The notes under the pieces were generated by a model. The model searched no databases. It worked only from the letters and a program-made list of their open reading frames with translations, and had not been told where the DNA came from. This document shows, in pieces, positions 9,468 through 18,972 of a stretch of DNA of 64,000 nucleotides. Both the position numbers and the translations under genes were made by a program. The stretch is taken from positions 2,176,001 to 2,240,000 of the forward strand of contig OZ243916.1 in the NCBI GenBank assembly GCA_965213675.1. The letters are read 5' to 3'. Numbering within the stretch: position 1 is the first letter of the stretch; every line of letters begins with the position of its first letter. This DNA is from an uncultured Candidatus Binatia bacterium (lineage in GTDB: Bacteria; Desulfobacterota; Binatia; UBA9968; JAJDTQ01).

Positions 9468-10232
9468 TCAACCGATGACCCGCTCCCCCGGCACGCTCCG
9501 GACGTCCATTTCAAACTCCAGTCCCTGGACCGGCGGCCGGGCGTAGGTCCATGTGACGCCGTCCGGCGCCGCACCCCGGCGGACGACCTCGTCGGCGAGA
9601 AACCCATGGATTTCGTGGACCGTGTAGAGCTGGCTCGTGGTGGCGTCCGCCCACGTCAGGCCCAACGCCGCCATCCGAAGCTCCAGCGCTCCGAGGACGA
9701 ACTGCGCCTTTTCCCGCATGGCGTCGGGCGACGTGTCCCCGAGACGGATGATCCGGGCGCCGTACCCGCCCGGTCCTTCGGGCGCTTCGCCGGAGCCCGC
9801 GATCACGAAGCTCTTGAGCCCCGCCGCGTCACCCGCCCCGGCCGGCACCGTGTACGAAAATGCATGGAAACAGGGTTCGCTCGGAGGACGCACCTCGGGA
9901 CACACGTTCGACCGTGCGACGGGGTTGTCGTCGTCCTTGAAGAGGCCCCACCGTTCGAGCGTGCTCACATAGACCCGATTGAACGCAATGAAGCCTTCTT
10001 CCGTGAACTGCCCCGGCGAGCGCAGCTCGCAAGCGCAGAACGCGGTGGGCGGCCGTCCGAGGCCGTCGAGATACGTCTCGATCCGGCGAAACCCTTCGTC
10101 GAGGGGCACGGGGCGCGCGAACCGGGCGCGTTCGATGACGAATCCCGGCTCCGCCGAAACACCCCCCGAGTACTGGAACCGGCCCCGCACGTACCGGTAC
10201 CCGCCGGGTTCGAAGACTGTTGTTTCCGCCAT
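9468..10232 (-). CDS. CnbZ-like protein (2-amino-5-chloromuconate deaminase family)
   Basis: FQYSGGV, CACELRSP, NPVARSNVCP, SFVIAGSGE, RPPVQGLEFEMDVR resemble CnbZ-family proteins; substrate unknown. Confidence 0.7.
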   Translation of the reverse strand: MAETTVFEPGGYRYVRGRFQYSGGVSAEPGFVIERARFARPVPLDEGFRRIETYLDGLGRPPTAFCACELRSPGQFTEEGFIAFNRVYVSTLERWGLFKDDDNPVARSNVCPEVRPPSEPCFHAFSYTVPAGAGDAAGLKSFVIAGSGEAPEGPGGYGARIIRLGDTSPDAMREKAQFVLGALELRMAALGLTWADATTSQLYTVHEIHGFLADEVVRRGAAPDGVTWTYARPPVQGLEFEMDVRSVPGERVIG

Positions 10233-10259
10233 GTCGCACCTCCCGTATCCGGAGTTCAG

Positions 10260-10769
10260 TCAAGCCTCGGCGCACCTTGCGATCTCCCGCGCCAACCCGT
10301 CGAAGATCTGGGCGTGGACCGGGTAAAGCCGGTACCAGTAAAGCAGGCCGCCCAGGCCCTTGGGAAGAAGAGCCGCGGTCTGCTCCAGCAGGGTCTTCCC
10401 GTCATCCGCCTCCGACACCCGGAACTGGAGCCAAGCGCGGCCCGGCAGCTTCATCTCCGCCCTCAGGCGGACCAGTCGCCCCGGCTCCAGGGCCTCCACC
10501 CGCCAGAAATCCAGCGCGTCGCCGACGCGCAGCTCGTCGGGGTGGCGGCGTCCCCGGCGCAGCCCCGGACCCCCCAGCAGACGGTCGACGATGCCCCGTA
10601 TCCGCCACATCCAGTCACCGTAAAACCATCCCCGGTCGCCGCCGATGCCGGTGAATACCCGGTGCACCTCCCGGGCCGGCGCGTCCACCTGTCGCGTGCG
10701 GCGTTCGAAGATCATGCCTTCGTGCGACTCCACGCGGGAGAAGGAGTCGGGCGTAGCTGCTGCAGGATC
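10260..10769 (-). pseudogene. C-terminal DUF2867 fragment of a YbjT-like NAD(P)-binding protein
   Basis: IGGDRGWFY...LRVGDALDFWRVE...AEMKLPG...GLLYWY. The frame opens only at about 10769 after a TGA, so the Rossmann domain is missing. Confidence 0.65.
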
Positions 10770-10813
10770 TCATAGTCGTGCTATGACACCCATCCACATA
10801 CAGATTCCCGCAG

Positions 10814-11491
10814 TCATCCCTTGAAAATGGTGTGAGCTACCTTTCCGACCGCCTGACACGCCGCCGCATCGAATGCCCCACCTACGAGGCCACCCACCAC
10901 TGGTACACCCTTCATAAGAACTATGGCACCTTTCTCTCCGGCTTTGGTCAATAACCGGAAGCCAACTCTCTTGTTTACCTCGATCAGAACTTTCCCGGGC
11001 ACTTGCATCACAACCTGTTTGGTCAGTTTACCTGCAATTGTAACTCCCGCCTGTTTCAGCACTTCCTTAGCGGAATCACCTACAATCGACAGCAATACAA
11101 ACGTTCTGACTCTATCCTCTTCAAGATCGTGCCCATCTATGACTGCTATTGCTCCTGCCATTCTGGCCTGAATTATCCAGGATGCACCCAACGCGGTCGG
11201 GACAGCGACAGGTAAAGCTAATAGCCCGCCCAAACCTGTAATAAACCCTGTCGTGAAATTTTTGCTGGTCTCCCACTTTATCAACGATGCAACTCGCTCG
11301 TCGTTGTCAGTGTACGACGCGTCAATCATATATTCTTGTGCCAAATTACTGGCTGACGATAAGGGTGGAACACCCTCTACCGCCTTACCAACAATCCACG
11401 TCACCAACTGTAATGCCTTCGGTTCATCATCAACCACGTGTTTGTCCTTCTTCGGGGCACCGTCTCCGGTCCTGACGATTCGCACGTTCAA
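10814..11491 (-). CDS. EcsC-family protein
   Basis: TGFITGLGG..LPVAVP, QARMAGAIA, INK-like VNKRVGFRLLTKAGEKG, VPVVGGLVGG; more AT-rich than neighbours; 4-bp overlap with hsdM. Confidence 0.8.
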   Translation of the reverse strand: MNVRIVRTGDGAPKKDKHVVDDEPKALQLVTWIVGKAVEGVPPLSSASNLAQEYMIDASYTDNDERVASLIKWETSKNFTTGFITGLGGLLALPVAVPTALGASWIIQARMAGAIAVIDGHDLEEDRVRTFVLLSIVGDSAKEVLKQAGVTIAGKLTKQVVMQVPGKVLIEVNKRVGFRLLTKAGEKGAIVLMKGVPVVGGLVGGAFDAAACQAVGKVAHTIFKG

Positions 11492-12981
11492 CCACCCGCA
11501 TGCCGCAAACCGGCAAGCATTTCGCGGAAACTGTTGAGGCCCGCCTCAAGGTTCTCGATGATCTCTTCGGCGAGGTCCTCGGGTTCGGGGAGGTTGTCGA
11601 GGTCGGTCAGGTTCTTGTCCTTGAGCCAGAAGATGTCGAGGCTGGTCTTGTCGCGTGCGGCGAGTTCTTCGTAACTGTAGCTGCGCCAGCGGCCTTCCGG
11701 CGCGTCGTTCTCGTCCCAGGTGCGCTTGCGCTGATGGCGGTTCCGCGGGTTGTAGCACTTCACGAAATCCAGCAGGTCCTCATAGCGCAGGGGCTTCTTC
11801 TTGAGGGTGTGGTGAATGTTGGTGCGGTAGTCGTAGTACCAGACCTGTTTCGTCCACGGGTCGGGGCTGGCTTCGCGGTTGTCGAAGAAGATCACGTTGG
11901 CCTTGACCCCCTGGGCGTAGAACACGCCGGTGGGAAGCCGGAGGATGGTGTGGAGGTCGGTGTTGTCCAGCAGTTTCTTCCGGATGGTCTCGCCGGCGCC
12001 GCCCTCGAACAGCACGTTGTCCGGCACCACGACCGCGGCGCGGCCGTCGGTCTTGAGCATGGTCTGGATGTGCTGCACGAAATTGAGCTGCTTGTTAGAC
12101 GTGGCTGCCCAGAAATCCTGCCGGTTGTAGGTCAGGTCGTCCGTCTCCTGCTCCCCTTCCTCGTTGGTGAAGCTCATGGAGCTCTTCTTGCCGAAAGGCG
12201 GGTTGGCGAACACGTAGTCGAACCGCTGCCCGGCGTCGGCCACGAGCGCGTCGTTGGACGATATGGGCGCGCCGCCGTCGATCTCGCCGATGTTGTGGAG
12301 GAGCATGTTCATGAGGCACAGGCGACGGGTATTGGCGACGATCTCGTTGCCGTAAAATGTCTCGTGCTTGAGAAACGCGTTCTGTTGCTGGTCCAGCTTG
12401 AAGTTGTCCTGGTTGGTGAGGAAGTCGTAGGCCGCCAGGAAGAACCCGCCGGTGCCGCAGGCGGGGTCGGCGATGAGCTTGCGGGGTTCGGGCCGCACGC
12501 ATTCCACCATGGCCCGGATGAGGGCGCGCGGCGTGAAATACTGCCCCGCGCCTGACTTGGTGTCCTCGGCGTTCTTCTCCAACAGCCCCTCGTAGATGTC
12601 ACCCTTGATGTCGGCGACCATGGTGACCCACTCGGTGGCGTCCACCATGTCGATGAGGCGGTAAAGCTTTGCCGGGTCCTGGATCTTGTTCTGGGCCTTG
12701 GTGAAGATCTGCCCCAACATGCCGGGCCTGGCGCCAAGCTCACGAAGCAGCGTGACGTAGTGGCTCTCCAGTTTCGCGCCCCGCTTCGACCTCAGACTCG
12801 TCCAGTTGTACTCGGCCGGGATGTCCACATCGCGATCGTAAGGCGGCTTCCCGTACTCGTCCGCCATCTTGAGAAAGATCAGGTAGGTGAGCTGTTCCAG
12901 GTAGTCGCCATAGCCGACGCCGTCGTCGCGCAGGGTGGTGCAGAAGCTCCAGACTCTGGAGACGATGGGAGCGGTGTTCAT
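11488..12981 (-). CDS. hsdM: Type I restriction-modification methyltransferase subunit
   Basis: GAGQYFTPR, DPACGTGGF, NPPF (m6A motif), VVPDNVLFE. Confidence 0.95.
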   Translation of the reverse strand: MNTAPIVSRVWSFCTTLRDDGVGYGDYLEQLTYLIFLKMADEYGKPPYDRDVDIPAEYNWTSLRSKRGAKLESHYVTLLRELGARPGMLGQIFTKAQNKIQDPAKLYRLIDMVDATEWVTMVADIKGDIYEGLLEKNAEDTKSGAGQYFTPRALIRAMVECVRPEPRKLIADPACGTGGFFLAAYDFLTNQDNFKLDQQQNAFLKHETFYGNEIVANTRRLCLMNMLLHNIGEIDGGAPISSNDALVADAGQRFDYVFANPPFGKKSSMSFTNEEGEQETDDLTYNRQDFWAATSNKQLNFVQHIQTMLKTDGRAAVVVPDNVLFEGGAGETIRKKLLDNTDLHTILRLPTGVFYAQGVKANVIFFDNREASPDPWTKQVWYYDYRTNIHHTLKKKPLRYEDLLDFVKCYNPRNRHQRKRTWDENDAPEGRWRSYSYEELAARDKTSLDIFWLKDKNLTDLDNLPEPEDLAEEIIENLEAGLNSFREMLAGLRHAGG

Positions 12982-14606
12982 GCGCGGGAGTCCTTCGATG
13001 TGGTCTTGGCCTGCCGCGCCAGGGCTTCGCCTGCCGCGGTGCGCCGATAACGCTGAATTCGGCTGGTTGGCTTGTCCGGGAGCGTCATTTCGATCAGACC
13101 GGCTTCGAGGGCGGGGCGGAGATACGCCATGAGGAAATGGGGCCGGTGAGTCAGGCTCAATGCAGCCTGCAATTCGGCGCGGCTCATCTCTCCGGTGAGG
13201 GCCACCACGAGTTGCCCGACTTGCCCGGTGACTTGCCCGGTGACTTGCCCGGTGACTTGCCCGGTGACTTGTTCGGTCTCATGTTCGGTGACTTGTTCGG
13301 TCTCATGTTTGGTGAATTGGGGGGCATCTTGTTCGGTGGGCTCCGGGCGCACCCGTTCGTGCACCGGAAGACGGACCAGAAACCACGTGCGGTCGTCGTC
13401 GCTCTCGAAAATTGGGGCCGGAGAGCCGTTTTCCCGCATGGCCCGCAGGATCTTGGGCACTCCGGTGGACCTGCCTTCGGCCAGATCGAGTTCCTTGAGA
13501 AACTCGCCGATTCGGCGGTTGCGGTAGCGGCGGCTCACGGCTTGCCCCTTCTCGAAGTCCTCCATGCGGATGGATCGGTCGGCGCCGGGAAAGCTCAAGA
13601 CCACCAACTCGTCAGGGGTGATGCGCACCTCCACCGGCTCCCGCTCCTCGTAAGAGCGATGGTAGACGGCGTTGACCAGCGCTTCCTCGATTGCGCCGAT
13701 GGGAAAGTTCCAGAATCGCTCGGCTTCCGGCTTGTACGGATGCTTGACGACCGTTTCCTTCAGGTAGTTCCGCTCGATGTAACCGATCGCCTCGCCGAGG
13801 ATGATCGACAGAGGGCCGCGGAACTCCTTTTCCTCGAATCGGTCCCCACCCGGGCCGTCCGGGAACCACACGACGTCGATCTGGGTTGCGGGGAAGAAGT
13901 CGTGCGGACGGTCGTTGAAGAACAGCAAGCCGACGTTCTTGGGGAACATCGCTTCGGGCGGTCCGCCGACGAGGTTCATGCGCTGACCCAGGGCCGCCAC
14001 CGACAGACCGGCGGCTTCAGAAGCGAGGTCGCTGCCTATATCCCGCAAAAACTCCCGGATCAGCCGATGGGACAGGTCATCCAGCGATGCCGTCTGGCGA
14101 TATCGATCATCGAAGGGCACGGTGGCGGTCAGGCTCAGCAACTCGCGCTCGTCCTGGCCCCTGGCCCGGACGGTGCTGCTGTGTCTGCGGATGAAATAGC
14201 CCCACTCTTGCCGTTTCGGCGTCAGGCCGAGCCTGGCCTTGTAGGGCCGGGTCTCGCCGCCGGGCGCCCACAGTACGAGGATTGTCCGGCCATCGACTTC
14301 ATAAGTGGCCGTAAGCGGGTGGTACTGGGGCTGTATGGCCGAGTGTCCGAGATTGAGCAGTTCCCTCTGTATCGCGTCAACCGAATCGGGATTAATGCCC
14401 GTGGGCGGCAGGACCGGACGGCCGTTCTGTTCCTCGACGCCCACTACCACGTAACCGCCGCCCAGATTGTGAAAGTCGTTGGCGAAGGCGCAGATGGTGT
14501 GCAGCACGGCCTTCGGATTCCAACCGGCCTTGTACTCGACGCGCTCGCCCTCGATGGTGCGCTGGCGCAGCAAGTCGTGGAGGTTGATGGGAAGCTTGCC
14601 GGTCAT
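12978..14606 (-). CDS. Schlafen/AlbA_2 + HATPase_c_4 + C-terminal HTH protein
   Basis: EGERVEYK...ICAFAN...GGYVVVGVEE (AlbA_2); EEALVNAVYHRSY, YRNRRIGEFLKELDLAEGRSTG; C-terminal wHTH ending PDKPTSRIQRY. Confidence 0.85.
   Translation of the reverse strand: MTGKLPINLHDLLRQRTIEGERVEYKAGWNPKAVLHTICAFANDFHNLGGGYVVVGVEEQNGRPVLPPTGINPDSVDAIQRELLNLGHSAIQPQYHPLTATYEVDGRTILVLWAPGGETRPYKARLGLTPKRQEWGYFIRRHSSTVRARGQDERELLSLTATVPFDDRYRQTASLDDLSHRLIREFLRDIGSDLASEAAGLSVAALGQRMNLVGGPPEAMFPKNVGLLFFNDRPHDFFPATQIDVVWFPDGPGGDRFEEKEFRGPLSIILGEAIGYIERNYLKETVVKHPYKPEAERFWNFPIGAIEEALVNAVYHRSYEEREPVEVRITPDELVVLSFPGADRSIRMEDFEKGQAVSRRYRNRRIGEFLKELDLAEGRSTGVPKILRAMRENGSPAPIFESDDDRTWFLVRLPVHERVRPEPTEQDAPQFTKHETEQVTEHETEQVTGQVTGQVTGQVTGQVGQLVVALTGEMSRAELQAALSLTHRPHFLMAYLRPALEAGLIEMTLPDKPTSRIQRYRRTAAGEALARQAKTTSKDSRA
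13218..13320 (-). repeat. Intragenic 12-bp tandem repeat encoding (QVTG)4 plus degenerate HETEQVTE units
   Basis: GACTTGCCCGGT x4 perfect at 13218-13265, then imperfect 12/24-bp units. Confidence 0.9.
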
Positions 14607-16204
14607 GACATTGTCTTGGCCCGTCTACGTTTTTCTGAAGTAATGGTGTGGCTGGAGCATGCCGCTTTGTCAGCCTTGATTCGTTCGAGCAACACAGAAG
14701 CAGGCTCATCGTTGGGATCCTGCGGGACGAGTCGACCTGCAAAGGCTTCATTCAAGATGGACTGACGTAGCAACACCGCTCGCTCCAAGGCAGCGATGAT
14801 CTCTCGCTCGCTCTCCTGAAGGAACTTGAACTTGTCCTCCAACAACAGAACGACTTCATGCTGTTCAAGGGGGGAACAAATAGGTAGGGCAAGCTGGGCA
14901 AACTTGTTTGCACTCAGGTGATTGATCCCAACACCGCCCGCGACTCGCGCAAATTTCCCACTCAAGTAATAAAAGCGGTAGAGCCACAGGAGATAGGCCG
15001 CATGCTCTCCGCAATAGGGTCGGTGTCGGATCACTGTATTTTGGAAACAGCAATTCGGAATCTGACCGTCCCAAATCGCCGGTTTACCGACCTGCGCTGC
15101 GCTTCCTGATGCTTCGGACAGCACCAAATCCCTCTTTTCCAGTCGATAAGTGTTCAATTCGTGGGGAGCAAATTCCATATCGAGGACGTCGTCCAACTCC
15201 AACCCCTGCTCCGTGATATTTGCTGCTCGAATATATTTTGTTGGGTAACTCTTTGACCTGTTCCTTGGAGATCGCTGACGACCGAGTTGAATGGCGCCTA
15301 CAACCTCGGCGGATAGCCATTGCCAACTACTGGGTAGTTTTTCCAATAGTCCCATCTCTTCTTCTGCAAACGCTGGCACCTGTTTTACGCCTCTCGGTTT
15401 GTTTGGCTTCTTTCCCTCCTTCCCATTGGCTTCCCACCGTCGAAGTGCGGTCTTCCAATCGGTGAGTTGTTGACCGTGCCGTGCTTCGCGCTCCCGCTTG
15501 ATGTGGATCAACAATTCCTCGGGCGTCTCGAGCTTATCCTTGTTCTCTTCGCGCCATTGCGCCGTGAGCTTGCCTTCGAAGGCGTGCTTCAGGACAGCTT
15601 GTCGATAGACTTCAAGGTGCCTGCGCGCCGTCTTCAGGCTCTCGATGCCCTTGTCGAGTTCCGAGAAGAGTTCTTCGATCTTGGCCACGATGCGGTGCTG
15701 CTCGTAGCGGGGGGCAAGTGGAACGGTTACTTTAGCAAGATTCCTGCGAGAAACTCTTTTTCGTGTTGACCCGGAGCTATGCGTTTCAATATCGGTTCGT
15801 GTGCGAGCACTATTGATGGCGTACATAACGTATTTGGGGTCGATCACCGAAGTACCTAGACGAACCACACACACGTCAACTACCGTTACGTACTCCTCCT
15901 CCCCATCCAGAGGGAAGATGCAGCAACGCCCGAGCGGCTCCGCCAATCGTGCGACGAGTAGATCTCCCTTAGCCAGAAACGTGCAATTCAAAGCATGGGC
16001 TTTAGCTCTGGTTAGAAATCGGGCGGATTTGTCGAGGAAATTCCCGTCCCCGATGTCCGCCAATTGGACGAGTCGAACGGCCCCGTTGGGATCCTGATCC
16101 TTGGTCTCCACCCAATCGCCGTCGGTGAAGAGTCCATCAGACGCAACCAACTCACCAATGCTGGCATCCACCCAAGCGGAATGTGCCGCGCCGTCGTCCC
16201 TCAT
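14603..16204 (-). CDS. hsdS: Type I restriction-modification specificity subunit
   Basis: Two TRDs with PLAPRYEQHRIVAKIEELF and SPLEQHEVV conserved regions; AFAGRLVPQDPNDEPASVLLERI tail. Confidence 0.93.
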   Translation of the reverse strand: MRDDGAAHSAWVDASIGELVASDGLFTDGDWVETKDQDPNGAVRLVQLADIGDGNFLDKSARFLTRAKAHALNCTFLAKGDLLVARLAEPLGRCCIFPLDGEEEYVTVVDVCVVRLGTSVIDPKYVMYAINSARTRTDIETHSSGSTRKRVSRRNLAKVTVPLAPRYEQHRIVAKIEELFSELDKGIESLKTARRHLEVYRQAVLKHAFEGKLTAQWREENKDKLETPEELLIHIKREREARHGQQLTDWKTALRRWEANGKEGKKPNKPRGVKQVPAFAEEEMGLLEKLPSSWQWLSAEVVGAIQLGRQRSPRNRSKSYPTKYIRAANITEQGLELDDVLDMEFAPHELNTYRLEKRDLVLSEASGSAAQVGKPAIWDGQIPNCCFQNTVIRHRPYCGEHAAYLLWLYRFYYLSGKFARVAGGVGINHLSANKFAQLALPICSPLEQHEVVLLLEDKFKFLQESEREIIAALERAVLLRQSILNEAFAGRLVPQDPNDEPASVLLERIKADKAACSSHTITSEKRRRAKTMS

Positions 16205-18966
16205 CCCGCCAACGCCTCATTCAACTCATCAATCACGCCGTCCATCCGGTCGCCAAACAACCGGTACATCCGCCCCAACCCGCCCTTGCCGTCGAACGGC
16301 GCCATGTCCAGGTCGCCGGGTTCCAGGTGAAAGGACTGGCTGATGTGGTCCCGGATCATGCGGAGCCACTCCATCTGCTCTTCGTTGAACTTCTCACCGC
16401 CGCCGCTGTGGTGGGTCATGATCCAGTTCTGGAAATTGCGGCGCACGGTTTCGGCGTAGGGCGACAGGGTCGCGTCGATGCCGCACACCCTGCGGATCAG
16501 TGCGACCAGCGCCGTGAGCTCGCTGGCCGGTTGGCCGCCCTTGTATTCATCCAGCAGGGCGTAGGCCTGCCACACCCGCAAGGGGGACAACAAGGGTCGA
16601 TCGCTCTTGAGCCTGTCGAACACCTCCCGGATCATGGCGTAGGTCAGCTCCCGGCGGCGATGCGGCTGGTCGTAGAAGATCGTGAGGGCTTCGATCTCGT
16701 CGCGGTGAGCTTCCATGTAGCTATGGAAGTCCTGCACCATAGACTCGGCGTTCTCTTCGGCGTCGCCCTCCCATTCGGCGCGGAGGACAGTGTCCAGGCT
16801 TTCGTGGTCGATGGTCTGTTCCTTGTCGCGGCGGATGGAGTCGATCAGCTCGATCAACTCCCCGTTGAAGACGGCCGCGGCGTCGCCGACCAAGTGTTCC
16901 CGCGCCTTGTCGTACGCCACGGGCGACGGCCTCATGCCTTCAGACACGGGCTCCATCTCGCGCGCCTTCTCGTCGATGCGGTCCGGATCAATGGCGGCCA
17001 GCAGATTGCCGACGATCTTCGTCAGTTCGGCACCCCCGGCCTTCGCCTTGATCCGTTCCTTCTCGGCGGAGTCGAGCTGTTGATCGAGCCGGGCGAGGCG
17101 GCCGGCCAGGGACGCCACCGTGTCCTCGTCGCGCGCTCCCATCATCACGCCCATGGCGAGATCCTTGAGCGGCACGGAAGGCTTGGTGATGAGCGGCCCG
17201 CTGGCGGTCTTGAGCGACTTCGTGACCCCCACGGCGTCCACGATCACGTAGTGGGTCTTGGCGGTGAGAGCCGACGGCGTGACCTTCCTGAGATCGTCGT
17301 GGCCGAGGGTGCGGGTGCCGCGACCCTTCATCTGCTCGAAGTAGTTGCGGCTCCGCACGTCGCGCATGAACAGCAGGCATTCCAGCGGCTTCACGTCGGT
17401 GCCGGTGGCGATCATGTCCACGGTCACGGCAATCCGCGGGTAGTAGTCGTTGCGGAACTGGGCGAGGACGGACCTCGGGTCCTCCTCGACCCGGTACGTG
17501 ATCTTCTTGCAGAACTCGTTGCCCTCGCCGAACTCCTCGCGCACGGTCTGGATGATGTCGTCGGCGTGGCTGTCGGTCTTGGCGAAGACCAGCGTCTTCG
17601 GGACTTCCGTGCGGCCGGGGAATATCTCTGGCAGCTTGTCCCGGAAGGCGCGGACGACGGTGCGGATCTGGTCCGGGTTCACCACGCTGCGGTCGAGCTG
17701 GTTGGCGGCATAGGTGGTGTCCTCGTCCTGTACCGCCCAGCGGCTCCGGCGCGTCAGGCGCTCGCGCTTCTCGATCTGCTGGTTGGCCCTGAGTTGGCCG
17801 CCGTGGCGGGTCCTCTCCGTGTCGATGGCATATATTTCGTTGCCCACGTTGACGCCGTCGGCCACGGCCTGCTCGTGGTCGTATTCGCTGACGACGTTGG
17901 TCCTGAAGAACCCGTAGGTGCGACTGTCCGGCGTGGCGGTGAGGCCGATGAGATAGGCGTCGAAGTATTCCAGGACCTGGCGCCACAAGTTGTAGATCGA
18001 CCGGTGGCACTCGTCGATGATGACGAAGTCGAAGAACTCCGGCGGAATCCTGTCGTTGTAGACCACCGGCATGGGTTGTCTGGGCTGGACTAGTTCCTCC
18101 GGATTGATATTCTCCGCGGACTCGTCCATCTCCTGGCCCTTGAGGAGCGAGTACACGCGCTGGATGGTGCTGATGCAGACCTGGCTGTCCCCCGCGACGT
18201 AGGACGACCTGAGCCGCTGCACGTTGTAGAGCTCGGTGAACTTGCGGTTGTCGTCGCCGGGCAGGTAGGCCATGAACTCCTGCTCGGCCTGTTCGCCCAA
18301 GTTCCTGGTATCCACCAGGAAAAGAACCCGCTTGGCGTCGGCGTGCTTGAGAAGCCGGTAGATCGACGTGATGGCGGTGTATGTCTTGCCGGAGCCCGTG
18401 GCCATCTGGATCAGGGCACGCGGGCGGTCGTCCTTGAAGGATTCCTCCAGCTTCTCGATGGCGTTGACTTGGCACGCCCGCAGGCCGGCCGGGGCCAACT
18501 CCGGAAGCCCCTGGAGCCGCTTGCGGAGCGAGGCCGGCTGAGCGCGCCAGTCCTGTACGGTCTCCGGCCGGGGAAAGCCGAACACTTCGCGGGATCGGGG
18601 CTTGGGATCGCGCCCATCGGTGAAGCGGGTCAATACGCCGGTGGACTCGTAGACGAAAGGCAGCGGCTCCTCGTTGTTGAACCAGTTCAACTTCGCAGCG
18701 GCATAGGCGGAAGACTGCTCCTCGACGATGGTGATCTTCTCGCCCCATACTGCCGGTTTGGCCTCGACCACCCCCACCGGCTTCTTGTCGACGAAGAGAA
18801 CGTAGTCGGCCGGGCCGACGTCGGTCTGATACTCGCGAACGGCGACCCCAAGGCCAGCGCTGAAGTCAATCTTCTTCTTGTCCTGAACGACCCATCCCGA
18901 CTGGGACAGTATCGCATCGATCCTGTCCCGGGCAGTCTGTTCGCGGGTTTGGTTGGGGCTTGCCAT
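16201..18966 (-). CDS. hsdR: Type I restriction endonuclease R subunit (EcoEI-like)
   Basis: ADYVL..VVEAK nuclease, MATGSGKT, DECH, LTATP, QMKGRGTR. Confidence 0.95.
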   Translation of the reverse strand: MASPNQTREQTARDRIDAILSQSGWVVQDKKKIDFSAGLGVAVREYQTDVGPADYVLFVDKKPVGVVEAKPAVWGEKITIVEEQSSAYAAAKLNWFNNEEPLPFVYESTGVLTRFTDGRDPKPRSREVFGFPRPETVQDWRAQPASLRKRLQGLPELAPAGLRACQVNAIEKLEESFKDDRPRALIQMATGSGKTYTAITSIYRLLKHADAKRVLFLVDTRNLGEQAEQEFMAYLPGDDNRKFTELYNVQRLRSSYVAGDSQVCISTIQRVYSLLKGQEMDESAENINPEELVQPRQPMPVVYNDRIPPEFFDFVIIDECHRSIYNLWRQVLEYFDAYLIGLTATPDSRTYGFFRTNVVSEYDHEQAVADGVNVGNEIYAIDTERTRHGGQLRANQQIEKRERLTRRSRWAVQDEDTTYAANQLDRSVVNPDQIRTVVRAFRDKLPEIFPGRTEVPKTLVFAKTDSHADDIIQTVREEFGEGNEFCKKITYRVEEDPRSVLAQFRNDYYPRIAVTVDMIATGTDVKPLECLLFMRDVRSRNYFEQMKGRGTRTLGHDDLRKVTPSALTAKTHYVIVDAVGVTKSLKTASGPLITKPSVPLKDLAMGVMMGARDEDTVASLAGRLARLDQQLDSAEKERIKAKAGGAELTKIVGNLLAAIDPDRIDEKAREMEPVSEGMRPSPVAYDKAREHLVGDAAAVFNGELIELIDSIRRDKEQTIDHESLDTVLRAEWEGDAEENAESMVQDFHSYMEAHRDEIEALTIFYDQPHRRRELTYAMIREVFDRLKSDRPLLSPLRVWQAYALLDEYKGGQPASELTALVALIRRVCGIDATLSPYAETVRRNFQNWIMTHHSGGGEKFNEEQMEWLRMIRDHISQSFHLEPGDLDMAPFDGKGGLGRMYRLFGDRMDGVIDELNEALAG

Positions 18967-18972
18967 TGCCGC

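Noticed and set aside
13218-13320. Phase-variable on/off switch or CRISPR
   Set aside because: The unit is 12 bp and in frame, so slippage changes linker length only.
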